Positions 12,846-26,250 are shown, counted from the first letter of the whole stretch. The stretch: 59,579 nucleotides of DNA, filler included, from Sphacelaria rigidula (GCA_964200075.2; 7 parts of 7 records of this genome joined end to end with filler, not necessarily neighbours in it), one strand, 5' to 3'. Program-made: numbers and translations. The notes: generated by a model from the sequence alone, not told the origin.

Positions 12846-13755
12846 GTGCGTTTTGTCGTGGAGGTGTGTGTATCCGTCTTCTATCCCCGGATCGCAGTGC
12901 AGTCAAGCACTTTTTTGTCAACCGGGGGTGGGAGAGGGGGCGTACTCAATTTTTACTTGCCGTAAGTCATGTGACCATTGACCACGCATCCCTTTCGAGA
13001 CGGAGCAATAAGGGAGGGGAGGAGGGGGGGCGCGTGGCCTGCTTTCCTAAGGCCGACCGTGTGGCTTGAGGCCATCGCCCCGCTGTTACTACACGGCCGG
13101 TAGATCTCGGGAGCACAACTTACGGCCGATTGATTGCATACATCGGTTGATCGTTAGGTGGGTGGGTGGGTGGGTTTATTCGTTGGTTGTTGGAGATGAG
13201 CTGATCCGCTACGAACCCGTACGTAGTCGTTAGGTCATTAGATACAATATGGTGTTACATACCTTGAAGATATTGGTACTATATGTACGGAAACGGTCAT
13301 CAAGAGAGGGATGTTTACCTCAGTACTGTCGCCAAAGTTCATGGGTAACACGTAGTACGCAGTATCGAGTGTGTTTTGTCGATCTCTAAGGCTAAGCTTC
13401 ACTCTGACGCAAACAAGCCCAAGGTAGACTGAGGAATCCTCTCGGGAAAGCGGGTCACAGAGGGTGACGTGTACAAAATGTGCGTGGGCAGGCCTCAAAA
13501 CGAGGCGCCGATTCGAGCAGAAACGCCGCCTGCGCACGCTGTCGAGCTCCGGTGACGGTCAGCCCCCCGGAAGACCCGGATTTGATGGTATAGACTCGAA
13601 CCAAGTATTTGTTCAACTATGAAATGTTGAGACGGTTTGGACTAATTTCTTCTGCTCGCTGAAGGAAACTCATGGGGAGGGACGGGAAGAAATGACGCAA
13701 ATAGAGAAACCCGTGTTGAACATTTTGACAACAGACGTCAGGTACCCTGATGCCT

Positions 13756-13787
<32 letters not shown>

Positions 13788-14753
13788 CTACATATGTTGG
13801 AGATGGCATCCACTCTTACGGCACCAGGCGATATAATATGAAGGCTGGCCTGGTCGGTTGAAATATTCCGTCCTAAATATCCACGATTTCTGCTCTTTTT
13901 GAATAAATTAGTTCGTGTCATCAGCTGTGATAGCCATATAACTATCCAGGGCGCGGATCTTGATATCTTTGAGCGTATATGCCGCACTTTTCTACGCGTA
14001 AATTTTGATCGAAATTCCTTTTGGGGCGGGTGGTGTATCATCAATATCGTGTACTCTCCCAAGACTCTCCGTCAAAATCAAGCGAGAGCCACAAAGGTGC
14101 TGTGTGTGTATGTTGATTGACTCTTGGGTGTTCGTTCCAGGGCCCATATAATTAGGCGAAACCTCATCTGTGATGTACGAGAAGTCGCTACGAACCGATT
14201 CCCTCTCGGCTCCGATTGACGTGTACCCCCCCCCCCCCCCCCCCCTCTGTTTTCAGAGAGTATTAGTGTGATTGGGGGTGAGAGTCCAGCCTCGAGTTTT
14301 CAGTGGTGGAGTCTAGTCTCTCAGGCGCAGCTTCTTCTCGTGATGAAGTAACGTCGACGTTTCAAAAACATGTAGGAAACAGTATGTTCTCTTGTCCTGT
14401 ACTACTCGTGAACTGTACTTACCATGCAGCGATATTACGTCATTTTATGGTTGTTCTGTGCTGTACTGTATTGTAAGGTCTTGCACGTCAAGGTCCGCAG
14501 GTATCAAAGCACATGTTATATTCCCCCCTCGCCCCTAATTTTCCAGTTGGGGTCAAGTCTCTAAAGCGCAGGCTTTGGTTGATGCTGCGTTGAAGGTCTG
14601 TGTCTGCGTGATGCCACTTCGTGTGGCACTACGAATGAGTTGAGTTCCACACTTGTAGTGTCGTTGTGTGTGTTTTTTTTCATTTATTTTTTTGGTTCAT
14701 CTGTAAGATTATTCTGCCCGTTCGTTTTCCCGGGAAGAATAGAGGGACGTTAC

Positions 14754-14805
<52 letters not shown>

Positions 14806-15100
14806 ATTTCTCGCACGAAATGTGTCTATTTGTTTTCCGTTTCTTGATGTACTCTGTCTCTTGTACCTTTTCTGTCTTTTGTTTCACCTTTCTTGAGCGA
14901 GTGTTTCAGTCTTGTTTTTGTCTCGGGTACGTCTATCATGTTGGGTAATGACCATGGGATAGATGTCTGGGGGATCAGTTGAAGTGCGACAATCAAGTTG
15001 AAAAAACAAAAAAACACTAGCGTGACTCCACCAGCCCCTCCCGTACGAGACTGTGATTCGGTTAATGATCCTGCTTGCACGTATGTTTGTTGTACGTCAG

Positions 15101-15190
15101 GAAACTACACATATCAAGGGCCCCGGGCACGAAATCCTTGTACTCGCCGGCACTCAAAAGGTGGACGCTGATTCCATCGCCCACCTTCAG
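15101..15190 (+). CDS. PFKFB: PFK-2/FBPase-2 exon (divergent phosphatase domain)
   Basis: ETTHIKGPGHEILVLAGTQKVDADSIAHLQ; cag/gtgaac boundaries; 90 nt, phase 0. The gene is incomplete at both ends. Confidence 0.7.
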
Positions 15191-16624
15191 GTGAACCAAG
15201 AGGTTGGGCAACGTAAGAGCGCCTGAAACCTGTCACGTGTGGTATCTCGTTGCTGTTGTCGTCGGCATGCTACTTACTCTCTTGTGTTCTGTTGTTTTTA
15301 TCTTGATGTGATGTCTCTATTGTTTATCTCTCACATGTCTATTTTCTCTATGTTTTGTTTGTGTCTTTAAACGACCTCTCCTCCTCTCATCTTGTCATTT
15401 ATTGTTTCGCTGAGCTGTTGTTGTTGTTGTTGTTGTTAATGCCGCCCGATGCCGCGCGTTTATTTTGTGCGTTGTCGGCGGTACCGTTCTCGCTGCTTGT
15501 CTCATAACAAAAACTGTTTCGTCTGCGTATTCATATTAGCATCCTTCCAACTCCTGCGCGCGCCAGACGTCCTTGCGGAACAATACCATCGACTGCTCTT
15601 CAACACCAGCCCAGCTCTGATGCTACGAGCACCCCTCTCCCGATGACTACAAACCGTTATGTCCCGTATTGTCCAAGCAGTCCCTAGTGTACATTTTTTT
15701 CAAATCAAAATCGTTGTTCTTCACCTATATTTCCAGTGGTCCCATTAAGGGTCCATTCATCTGAGAGGAGTCTGAGGACAAACTAAGCCCTGTACAGGAT
15801 ACGGGGTAAATACGGAAGTAACGAACTAGGGTTTAGGTCACAGTTAGATTGCGGCCTGATGCACGGTGCGGGCGTGCGTTGACAATATGAGGAAGGTATG
15901 GAAATCGAAGTCAATTTCTTGGCTCCGGCCTAGTGTAATAGAGGTGCAAAATATCCTCATTTCAGTCGTTGAAAACGCGAGAACGTGCCGTGTGGGATTG
16001 CTGGTCATTATCCAATTCCCGATGACAAAACGCCAGGTGTGTACCGGGGAAGTGGGGTTTTCTTGAGACCACGGATTCGTACTGAGGAGGGGAGGGGGGC
16101 GTGTGCGCATGATGTTGCATGCCGTAGTCATATGACCGTTGATTTCGCATCCTAGTGGTGAAATTATAGCATTTTTGGTGGTGAAACAGCGCGTTTCTGG
16201 GATTTACGTGCTCCATGGATGGAACCATTACGTGGTCCCAACGGTTTAGATATTAACAAAATTAGAAATGATATCCAACCTGGCAAGAACGTCGTGCAGC
16301 TGAATACATGATCTCATTTATATTGTATTGTATTGTATTGTATTGTATTGTATTGTAAAAAGTTACATAGCGTTTTATTTCTTCTTCATTTTAATAAAGC
16401 TCAAAAATAGGTTTCAATAAAATCAAATTGATCAGTATCGATAGGGGTGATATATATTTAGAGCCAATCAATATTAATTCAACTCCTAATAGCCTTGAAA
16501 AGTATTCTTTTATCTTTTGTTGTCTGATCTCTAGGTAACAAAAATGAAATAGTAATTTATATACTCATGATCTAAAGATAAAGAAGTAATAGTTTATTTA
16601 CTATTATATGTATTGGGCTTGTAC

Positions 16625-16950
16625 CTCCCTACAAAGCCGAGACGGAGCACACCGGTTTTCGCAGAACCAGGCTCGCAATCAATCGCCAAGCGCGAAGCGC
16701 CGTGATGTGTTCGCAACTTTCAGAGACAGCCACAGGTTACTCTGCATCATGGGTTTCTTACCATGTAGACACTACGTGGCACGATCATCCCCTTTGCGCG
16801 GAGTTGAGGATCTTCACCCCGCGCAATATGATCTAGCTCGACCACCATCATGGCTTCCGCAAAAAACCTCAAGCGATCCCCCCCCCCCCTAGCCTGGTCC
16901 GGCAAGAACCCGGCGTGCTCCGTCCCGGCTTTGTAGGGGCGGACCCCCGA
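16625..16950 (+). repeat. Repeat family member with the CTACAAAGCCG.GACGGAGCAC motif inverted at its two ends
   Basis: ccctacaaagccgagacggagcac at about 16628 and gtgctccgtcccggctttgtagggg at about 16915. Confidence 0.75.
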
Positions 16951-17439
16951 TGNNNNNNNNNNNNNNNNNNNNNNNNNNNNNNNNNNNNNNNNNNNNTTAA
17001 TTAATTAANNNNNNNNNNNNNNNNNNNNNNNNNNNNNNNNNNNNNNNNNNNNGTAAAATATTTTCCCCCCCCGTTTTTTTCGAGGCCCGGGTGTCAATGC
17101 CCCCCCCCGAATGATGTGCTAGTCAAGCAACAAATGAGTACGCCCCCCCCGAATGATGTGCGTGAAAAACCCGGAGCGAAAACGGTCAAAATTACGTGTT
17201 TGGCTGTTTCCGCGATTCTGGCCATTTTTCGTACCTTTCTTGGGCAAAAAGTGAGAAGGTATACCTTTTCTAGGCCATTGCCCTATATTAATTGTTATTT
17301 CACGCATCAGAAGTTACCATAGACAGCGCGGGTTGGGCTAGTAACTGATGACGCACGTATTAACATATTTTCTTCGCTGTCAGAATAGCGAAGTGAACCT
17401 TTTATTCTCCCCTTTCGAGTCAATGTCCTCGAAAAAAAC

Positions 17440-18073
17440 CAGGGCTCTTTACGTTACACAGTAAACGTTACACGCAACACTTTACGTCACAAATGTGACA
17501 TCTTGAAAATAATACGTCACGTCACGTCACAATTTTTTACTGGTACGTCACGTCACGTCACACTTGTGACGTCTCGAAAACTTATACGCCACGTCACCTC
17601 ACAGTAACATATTTTGAAACGTTTATTGAACGTGTAACGTATAATACACTTTACGTTTGTGACGTGTAACGTCAAAAGAAACGTTGCACTTCGACCGTGT
17701 TGAGGGCAGATAAACGCTACTTACGACGTTGTAACGTTTCATGTAGCGTAACTTGGTACAGGAGGTTCATGGTGACGTTTGTGACGTTCATTCAGACGTC
17801 ACAAACGTGTACCGTATGGAATAAGTTACACCTTACAACAAACGTTTCAAAATACATTGATGTGACGTTTGAAGAACAATACGTCACGTTATGTCACGTT
17901 TGTGACATCTTGATGAATGATACGTCACGGCACGTCACACTTTTTTACCAGTACGTCACGTCACGTCGCATTTGTGATGTCTTCAAAAAACATACGTTGC
18001 GTCACGTCACACCGTTGTGACGTAACGATTGTGACGTGTAACGTACGAGTGACGTGCACCGTAAAGAGCCCTG
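17440..18073. mobile_element. Non-autonomous hAT-like DNA transposon (MITE)
   Basis: Perfect 14-bp TIRs CAGGGCTCTTTACG...CGTAAAGAGCCCTG; flanking duplication AAAAAAC (17433-17439 and 18074-18080); dense CGTCAC/GTGACG motifs. Confidence 0.85.
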
Positions 18074-19200
18074 AAAAAACGGATGTTGAGCCAGATTCTG
18101 CGGTGGCATCAGCAAGCCAAGACCAAGTAAATCCCCGAGTAATTCTTGCGATCAGAACGTTGTAGTGCTCGCAAGGGTACCCTTGCGTATTTTATCCAAA
18201 GTCTATGCGAACGCAGACGTTTGGGGTTCCACGAGGTGGACAGGCCTGTATGTCTTCCACTACTCTTACGTACGTCTTTGTTGTACCCACTCATCACTGC
18301 AGTAGCTACTGCACCGTTGTGACTGGCGGCGTCACAACCAGTCTACTCACAGCCAGTCTATCTACCCGCACGGAATAAAATGCATGAACGTTTGATGTGC
18401 TTGCGATGCAGTACAACCGTGCGAAGAGAACAATGCAATATAGCAGCTTATCATCGTGCAGATCTTGAGGTACTGTTTCTATGCTGCTGTGTTGGCTGCA
18501 TGTAGCACCGTACAGTGCACGTACCGCCTGTCTAACCGCTAAGATACACAGCCCGATTTATTGGATACGGTACCGACCACAAACTGTACAGCCTCAACTG
18601 CCATGTACCCCTTGCATCTCTGAGTGGATTCCTCATGGCCCCCGCCTCTCTATCTCACCTTTGGTAGGCTTTATGAAGGTCAGGACATCTTCGGGTGTTA
18701 CATCAGGGTAAGATTTCGGCGATCTCGGCGAGAGAGACATCGATCAGATATGCTGCGATGTACCTACCCACTTGCTGAAAACACTACTACACCCAGCTTG
18801 AAACACGATTAGTGTATTGCTGTTGAAGGCACTTGGTTGGAACTACTAGAGTCTAGCACTGACGGTCCAAGCCAAGTATAGTGTTACAGTGCCGCCGTGC
18901 TGTATTGTAGGGTCGACAGGCGTGTCGAGGTCACCACGGCAGCGCGCAGCAATAACTGCAGTACTTGTACAGTACAGTACCGTGCAGTAGAAGAGGACAG
19001 ACAACGGACAGTTTTTGCACACGAGTATTTCAACAGGTGGACTGGGCGACGATACATATCCTGCGGCGTTATCATATCCGGGGACTGGGGTTGTGCGGTA
19101 CTGAGCAATGACAACCCTGGTGTTGGTGTAAGGGTTTTCCTCTAGGTCGCAGACGTTCCCATTCCAAAACTCTTTCAGCAGCTGCACACTTCGTACAATT

Positions 19201-19373
19201 ATGAGCTATTACGGTAATGACGGAGGATCTAGGGGAGGGGGAAGCTATGGTGGTGGCGGTGGCTACGGCGGTGGTAGCGGCGGAGGCGGTGGCTATGGTG
19301 GGGGTGGCGGCGGCGGTTACGGTGGTGGTGGAGGCGGTCGGGGTGGAGGCGGAAACAGGCGCCCTGGAGACTG
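19201..19373 (+). CDS. Gly/Tyr/RGG-rich RanBP2-type zinc-finger RNA-binding protein, exon 1
   Basis: MSYYGNDGGSRGGGSYGGGGG...RGGGGNRRPGD(W); donor tg/gtgag, phase 2. Confidence 0.88.
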
Positions 19374-22300
19374 GTGAGGACATGGGGACGGCCCAATAAA
19401 CGCTTGGTTGCGGTGGTTAGTAGGGCCTTCGCGCTCAAACATGTCGATTACCAGCAGCGAAAGGGTTCGGTTCTTGTGTATGCATGTGTGTTTCTGCTGG
19501 TAGTTGATACATCTACGTCTGTTATGCGTCGTTTGTTTCGTTCGTGGGAACCGGATATGCACGGGAAGATAAGTCACCCCTCCCGCGTCCCCACGAGATT
19601 TGTACACAATAAATAGGCCATTATATATTGATTTTTCCCGCTCGACCTTGCTTCGACGATGGTGTGCACGGTCACGAGATGCGCCATGCCCGAAGCATCC
19701 GATGGCGCGATCTTCTCCAGGCCTCAGACTTTCACCTGCCTACCTGATTCCATGCCTTCAATAAAAACTACACTCAGCTTCTTGACTTTGTGTTCGCCCG
19801 AGTTGCCAACGGGCAGCGCAATGACGAGCGCAAGTTTTCACCACAGCGTTATTTCTGCCCTCTACTCGAGAGGACACGCGGACGGGGCGCTCTCGGTTTG
19901 GGACTGTACCCGGTACTGCTGTTTACGCCGCTTGTCTTGTGCTACGCTGTTAATAAAATCAATACCTCTTATTACTGATATTTCGATAATGAATATCGCG
20001 GTTGTCGGCCAAGTACGCCGCTGTTCGAGAGAGAGAATGAAGTGATACTCGCATCGAACAAGTTTCGAAGGGCAACGAACAACATACTGCAGTAGCACAA
20101 CAGTGGGGTACTACACTGACTGTGAGTGGTTCTGTTTGTCGAGTTGCATACCCAGAGGAATTAGATTCTCGTGGCAGCCCCCATCACGCCCGCACTACGT
20201 GACAGTACCGACAGGCGAGGCAGATAGTTCGAGATATCATCATCCATGCAGTGTCGACAATGCAGCAGATGAGCTCTTCCAGATACCAGGGACAGGTTGC
20301 AACCCCATACGGACAAGACTGCGCCCGTCCAATGCATGCAACCCCTCACTGCGGCACGGTAGATGACGGCGAATACCACCCCCTGGGGAATGTACTCCTC
20401 CACTCATGTCCCTCGGTTTCAGCTGCAAGCGAGACGTCCATCCCGTCGCAATACCTGCGTTCATCAGAAGATACCTGCGTAGCCATTTCCAACAACCTCA
20501 ATCTCGACCGCGCGGACGTCTTAGGATTGAGGGGAAGAACACTCTGTTGTTAACTTTGTTCACAAGAGGTTTTGTGCCCAACCCTTTGCTGCGCAGAATA
20601 TCACCGCGAAAATTTCTAATTAAATGTGAAAGATGGCGTGCACTTCTAGGACCCCCGCGGAATATGACCCTGATACAGTAGACCTTACCAAGTTGTCGTA
20701 CACGATGGTTGGTACTTGATTTTACTAGATTTCAGAGTGAACACCGATATTCGGATCTTCAGAAGGACTGACAGTCCCAAGTTCTCCTAGCTCGTCCAGA
20801 ACGTGTTTTCGTCCAAACTCGGCGCTGGTTTTTGGATCACTTGACCGCTTGTTATCGAACATCCACGTTTGGCCAAAATGAAACCGCGGCTAGCGGGGAA
20901 CGCAGAGTTGCTCTGAAACGGTCAAAACGAGCTGAGCAAATCATTCCAAGGTGTCCCAACATTCATTCGCCTAGCCCTCTTTTCGGGCGGAAGTCGCCGG
21001 AAAATGGTCCAGGATGCAGTTTTCAACTGGGTTTCCCCCCCCGAAACCCGTATTAGTTGGCCTTATTTGATGAGAGTCGACCCGGCGAAGGAGTATTGAT
21101 CCAATCCACGATGTCAAAACTCGAGACGAACTGGGGGAAAGATTTGGATCGGTCGGTGGAGACCACAAGCCCAACCCCGAAAGAGGGGAGGAGTTGAAAG
21201 TGTTGCAAAAAAAATGGAAGAGAAATGCCAGATCCTTGTATGCCTAAAGTATTTGCAGCACGGTAAACGAAAGTCGATGTGGACCGCAGTACTTGCTGTA
21301 CAACGTCGAGTTTTTTTCTATTATTACTATGCAACAGGGTGTACTCGAAGGAAGATCGAATTTCGACTGCAGTGTGATGAGTGTGGCGTTCGCAACTGTT
21401 TTTTTACAAAGCCGTAGAGTTAGTTGCCGGCGTTGTCGCGAACAGTAGTCCTGCAGTGCACTATTGATGTCAACCCGCAGCCTTGTACGATACCATGCCA
21501 CATCTCAACAACAACGGTGCAGCGCAGTGGGTGCCCGAACCCCCCCCCGCGCGCCCGCCCATCAGGGACGAGGAAACATGTTGTTGGTACCCGCAGCATA
21601 GAGATCGACGTTATGGCAAGGATCCCTCAAAGATCCCTGAGCATGGAGTACGATTCCGTAGTTCGGCGATTTGTCAACCCTCTGGCCGCGAGTATAGCTA
21701 ATATGTTGAGTTAGCATCAATTTTACATGAAAAAAGACTGTATGACTAGATGACCTACCCTCGCGGTGAAGGGGTTGAACGGTTCGTGTAGGAGGAAGGA
21801 GGAAAACGAAAAAAAATACCGAGATACATTCGCGGAACTCACCGCAATGCCTTCATAGGGGCGGACTGAGTCATGTATAATGGAGTTAGTTGTCCATACA
21901 AGTAGTCGTAGTACAGTCCCCCTCTAGGCTATGCTGTGCTGTGCTGTGCTGTGCTGTGGCTGCGGGCAGATAAGTGGACCGCAGTAGGCGAGGACAGCAC
22001 CTCCTCCATGAGCACTCCGCCGTCTTTTTAAGTGGTGCATCATCGCTGATCCGCTCTTTGATTTCCTTGAGCGCTTTTGTCGGCCGCATGTCTGTCTGGC
22101 GGGCCCTGTTTTGTGTACGAGCTGGGCCTGCCGTAAAAGATTATGTCCGAGGACACACCACAACTTCTTCAGTTTCCCGAATCAGCCCGATTTCAAGCAT
22201 ATCGCTGTAAACTGCAGCCCAACCCGGTCATGCACGTTATGCCGCTGTGCTGCATTTTGTATATCAGCGACGGAACCAGATTCTGCTTATAAAAAGAGAG

Positions 22301-23944
22301 TATCCGTCGGTAGTCAAACTCGTGACCTCCGTAACTGGAGTTTCTTGTATAACTTGAATTTCAGGGCTGCAGCGGTGTCGCACAAGTAGTTCCACGCGCG
22401 GTCCAATTTTAGAAGTTTTTGGCCGAGATTATACCAAAATATCGTGTGCGCGAGGGAAAGATGTGTTTTTCGGTATACAGCCGTTTGTTTTTTTCCATGG
22501 ATATGACATTTTCTAGTTCTTGCTGAAACTTCAAATCGCTCAAACTTTCTCTTTTTCCCTGTATACCGAGAATATTTTCGGGTCTTGTTGATGAGCACGT
22601 CGTGGCAAAACTTCAGCGCCCTGATTCCTCGTATTGTTGTTGAGCGTCATCCATGTCCCGCGAAAAAAGTCTTGGCTGGCCCAGCCCGTGTGGAAATTGT
22701 AACGGTCGTTACCGCGACAAATGATGATTGATGATTGTCGCACTTTAACTGATCCCCCCGGGGTCCAGACGTGGTGTCATGATGGACGTACCCAAGAAAG
22801 ACGAAACTTGAACACGCTCTAAGGAAAAGAAAAAAAAAGGAACAGAAAAAAAAAAGAAAAGAGAGTGGTCGAACAGAACGACATATCAGACTAAGTCGTA
22901 ACAAGGTAAAGTAATAAAAAGTCAACACGAGCAAAGCAGAGAAAAAAATGACCGATCTAAAGCAAGAAGAAGGGAAAACAGGAAGAAAGTTAGGAATGCT
23001 GAGGTAGCTATACAACGGCAGGGACAGCCAGGGACTAAGCCACCCAACAGTAGACAGATTCGTACATCGAGCAGCTCATGAGCTACAATACCTGAAATAA
23101 GTAATGAAAGAAGATTCTCTGATACGCTGTCCAACTTACACCAAGTACGTGACCGCGGGGCCCGAGAAGCCAAAATCCCACATTTTGCCCTACTCCGCGC
23201 GCTCAGCGTCCAGCGCTGTCGGCATCAAAAGCGGAAGACGGGGCTCGAATGAGCTAACTCGTGATCCGGACCGGTACACAAACAGTGATGATTAGGTGGC
23301 TCATAATTTATCCGACGCGTGGACAATTTGACAATTATTTCTCGTTTCACCTCGTGTGTTCCGGTTCCCCGCCTCCTCGGCCGTAGTGTTTTGTACGCTG
23401 CTCTCGAGGAGACTCTGGCGCTTGCTTGGTGCTCCTCTTTGAGAAAAGGGATCGAAGTGATTGGCGGCCGCACTGCATTTTTTATCCAGCAGCGCTCACC
23501 ACTGTACTGTACTGCTTTTAATGTAGCAAGTTCACTTGACGCAAACTGCACAGGAAGAAATGAGTCGAACACTGCGATCATGCCACTGAGCTCGCTGCGG
23601 TGCGTGTTGCTCTTGTAGGGCACGTACCCATACGATGGTTTCAAGTCAATGGTGGAAATGTGTCTTTTTTCGGGTGCAAAACCTGGAAATGACGGCATAA
23701 ATGCGAGCACCGCTCAGATGCATCGGCGGGGTAACCCCAATTCCAAAACCGCTTCTCCAATGAGTACAAAAACAGAAAACATCTCCCCAAGAAGTTTCCC
23801 ATGTGTGATCTTGAGGGCTTGGATACTATTACCTCCCTGATGCTCACTGCGAAGATATACAGTATATCTATTCACTCTAGAATCTGTCGAGCTCACACCC
23901 TTCCCCCCCTCCCTACCCCCCGCAACGCGTCGCCTCTCGTACAG

Positions 23945-24109
23945 GGATTGCCCAAGCTGCGGCAACGTCTGTTTCGCCTCCCGGAGCGAATGCAACCGCT
24001 GCCAGACACCCAAGCCCGCTGGAGCTGGCGGAGGTGGAGCTGGCGGGGGATACGGTGGTGGCCGCGGGGGTGGCGGGGGTGGAGGAGGACAGACCAGGGA
24101 CGGTGACTG
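23945..24109 (+). CDS. RanBP2-type zinc-finger protein, exon 2
   Basis: (W)DCPSCGNVCFASRSECNRCQTPKP fits W-x-C-x2-C-x10-C-x2-C; a Gly linker follows, then RDGD(W) of a second finger; cag acceptor and gtgag donor. Confidence 0.92.
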
Positions 24110-25839
24110 GTGAGATGCAGTTGGTGCAAAGGCTGCCCTCGTCCTGGTAGTGGAGTTCAACACTTGGTCGGGTGGAACTTTCCCGGAATTGTGTCACTTG
24201 ATTTGAGTGTGAACCCCGATATGTGGATCTTTAGTGGGTCTGACAGTCCCGAGTGCTCCCTCGTAGCGTGCGCAGAATGCATTTTTGTCTCGGCGCAGAT
24301 CTGAGGTCTATCAACATTGAGCACTTGTATGGAAATGAGTACTGGACTGACCGGTTTTGAGCCGGGAGTTAAAAAAAAGGGCATGCGTAGCATGTATTGT
24401 GTGTGCCGTCGCTGAATCGTTTTCGTGGGGCACGTGTTTTTTTGGCTTTTTTTCTCTGTGCAATGGTGTGGTATCCTGGGGGCATCTGGAGCACCGCTGC
24501 GATGTATGCGAACATGAAGTAAAATGAAACGTGTGATGATTTCCACCCTTTGATTCGTAGATGCTGCTCTATGCCATCGCCCATAGCTGATCATTTGCAG
24601 TTGCTGTCAATTACAAAGCGTGAATCGCGTTTTTTTTTCATGTGAATTTTTGGGACCCGTTATCGCAAGCCCTTCCTTGTATGTACGAATCTGGTGATGT
24701 AGAGACGCACAAGCGCTTCACAATCAAAAGGGTATAACCCTCATGTATACCTCCTAGGTGGGTTATCTGATTACCTTGCGTCATCTTGTCTTGACAATGA
24801 TACCTTAGACTCGGACAATTTTCGACTGGCGGTGAAAGGGTAAACCTATTCCTTGAGCGCGAGCGACATTACTTTAGCGAGATTCTCGCTTTACAGAGGA
24901 TTCAAAGATAGGGAAAATAAAGAGATATCTGTATTTAGTTACTGCGTATGAATGGCGCAGTAAAAACTGCATACGGACTTATTCGACCCGCGGTCAACTC
25001 TTTTTGTCTCTTGTTTGAGCGGTCGGACCTCAGAAATCGTACATATGGTGACTCGAACTCCCAGACGATTCGTCCGAGCCTTGAAAGGACTAGTGAAAGT
25101 ATGTGAGAGAAACCTCTGCAGGGACAGTGTTCCATGGTTCAGGGATTCAAAGACATGGTTTACGCGGTATACGTTTGTTGTATCATGGAGAGCTGGTGCT
25201 TGCAAATAGAGGAGCTACTTCGCTGAAATAGCAGGGGAGGGGTTGGTCGCGCGTTGAGCAGATCAACCAGTGATGCTGTTCATGTTCCGAAGAAGCCTGG
25301 CGCTCAGTGGGACAAGAGCAGAAGAGGCGTTCTCTCGTGACGCACATATGATTGTCATTCTGTTCAATCCTTCGAGCATCCCATAGACTTATTTCGGCAC
25401 AATATTCCTTGGGAAAAGTTATGGCCAGCGTAGGGATTCTCTTGCATTAGGATGACAGCCTACAATGGGGGGGAGGGGNNNNNNNNNNNNNNNNNNNNNN
25501 NNNNNNNNNNNNNNNNNNNNNNTTAATTAATTAANNNNNNNNNNNNNNNNNNNNNNNNNNNNNNNNNNNNNNNNNNNNTGAGCCGATAATCGAAACTGTC
25601 GCATAGAAAAGAGACCAATCCCAAAATAGATCTACTGTCTGGAATGCTGTTCAAAGAGATTCTCTACAGAACCTGCGCACCGGTTTTTATGCGTCCCTAA
25701 ATAAATTATGACAATAGAATTAGATTGGCGCCAATGTGAAATAAGGAGTAGAATAGAGTCAATCGTACATATGGATCCTTCTCCTGCCCCCTGTCCTGAA
25801 TAAAAAAAATCTGTTCTCGTAAGAGGTGTTGCGTGAACG

Positions 25840-26000
25840 ATGCTAGACCATGTGTCGGTATTCAGTAAATCAGGGATGGTGTTGTGGAGTCGTACCATGG
25901 CCAAGCTAAAGGGCTCGCCCGTGGATGAGCTGGTGAAGACGGTGCTGCTGGAGGAGAAGGGGGGTGTAAACATGGCCACTACGGAATGGTACACGCTCAG
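25840..26000 (+). CDS. SRPRA: Signal recognition particle receptor alpha subunit, exon 1 (SRX/longin domain)
   Basis: MLDHVSVFSKSGMVLWS...SPVDELVKTVLLEEK...YTL matches the SRalpha N-terminus (MLD.F.IF.KGG.VLW...P..LI..VLL.E); probable GC donor ag/gcaag. Confidence 0.88.
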
Positions 26001-26250
26001 GCAAGACGTCTCTTTACAGTAGTAGTGATTGTGTTGGGCTACGCGGTCGTGCAGTCTGCAGTAGCACAGTGGGGGTGATCAGTCGGATAATGGCTGCATT
26101 GGTAGTGTACAACGGTGGTGACCGATCATACCGTGATAGTCTGGACAGTTTGTTGTCGAAGTTTCGTCTCCTATTGTTGATCGAACTCCCATATTATAGG
26201 CAGTACAATACACAACAGTACAGCACAGAAAGTGCTAGGTGGGGTGAATT

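Noticed and set aside
15567-15646. Next PFKFB exon
   Set aside because: No phosphatase motif (LNE...G) in the required frame, and an early stop.
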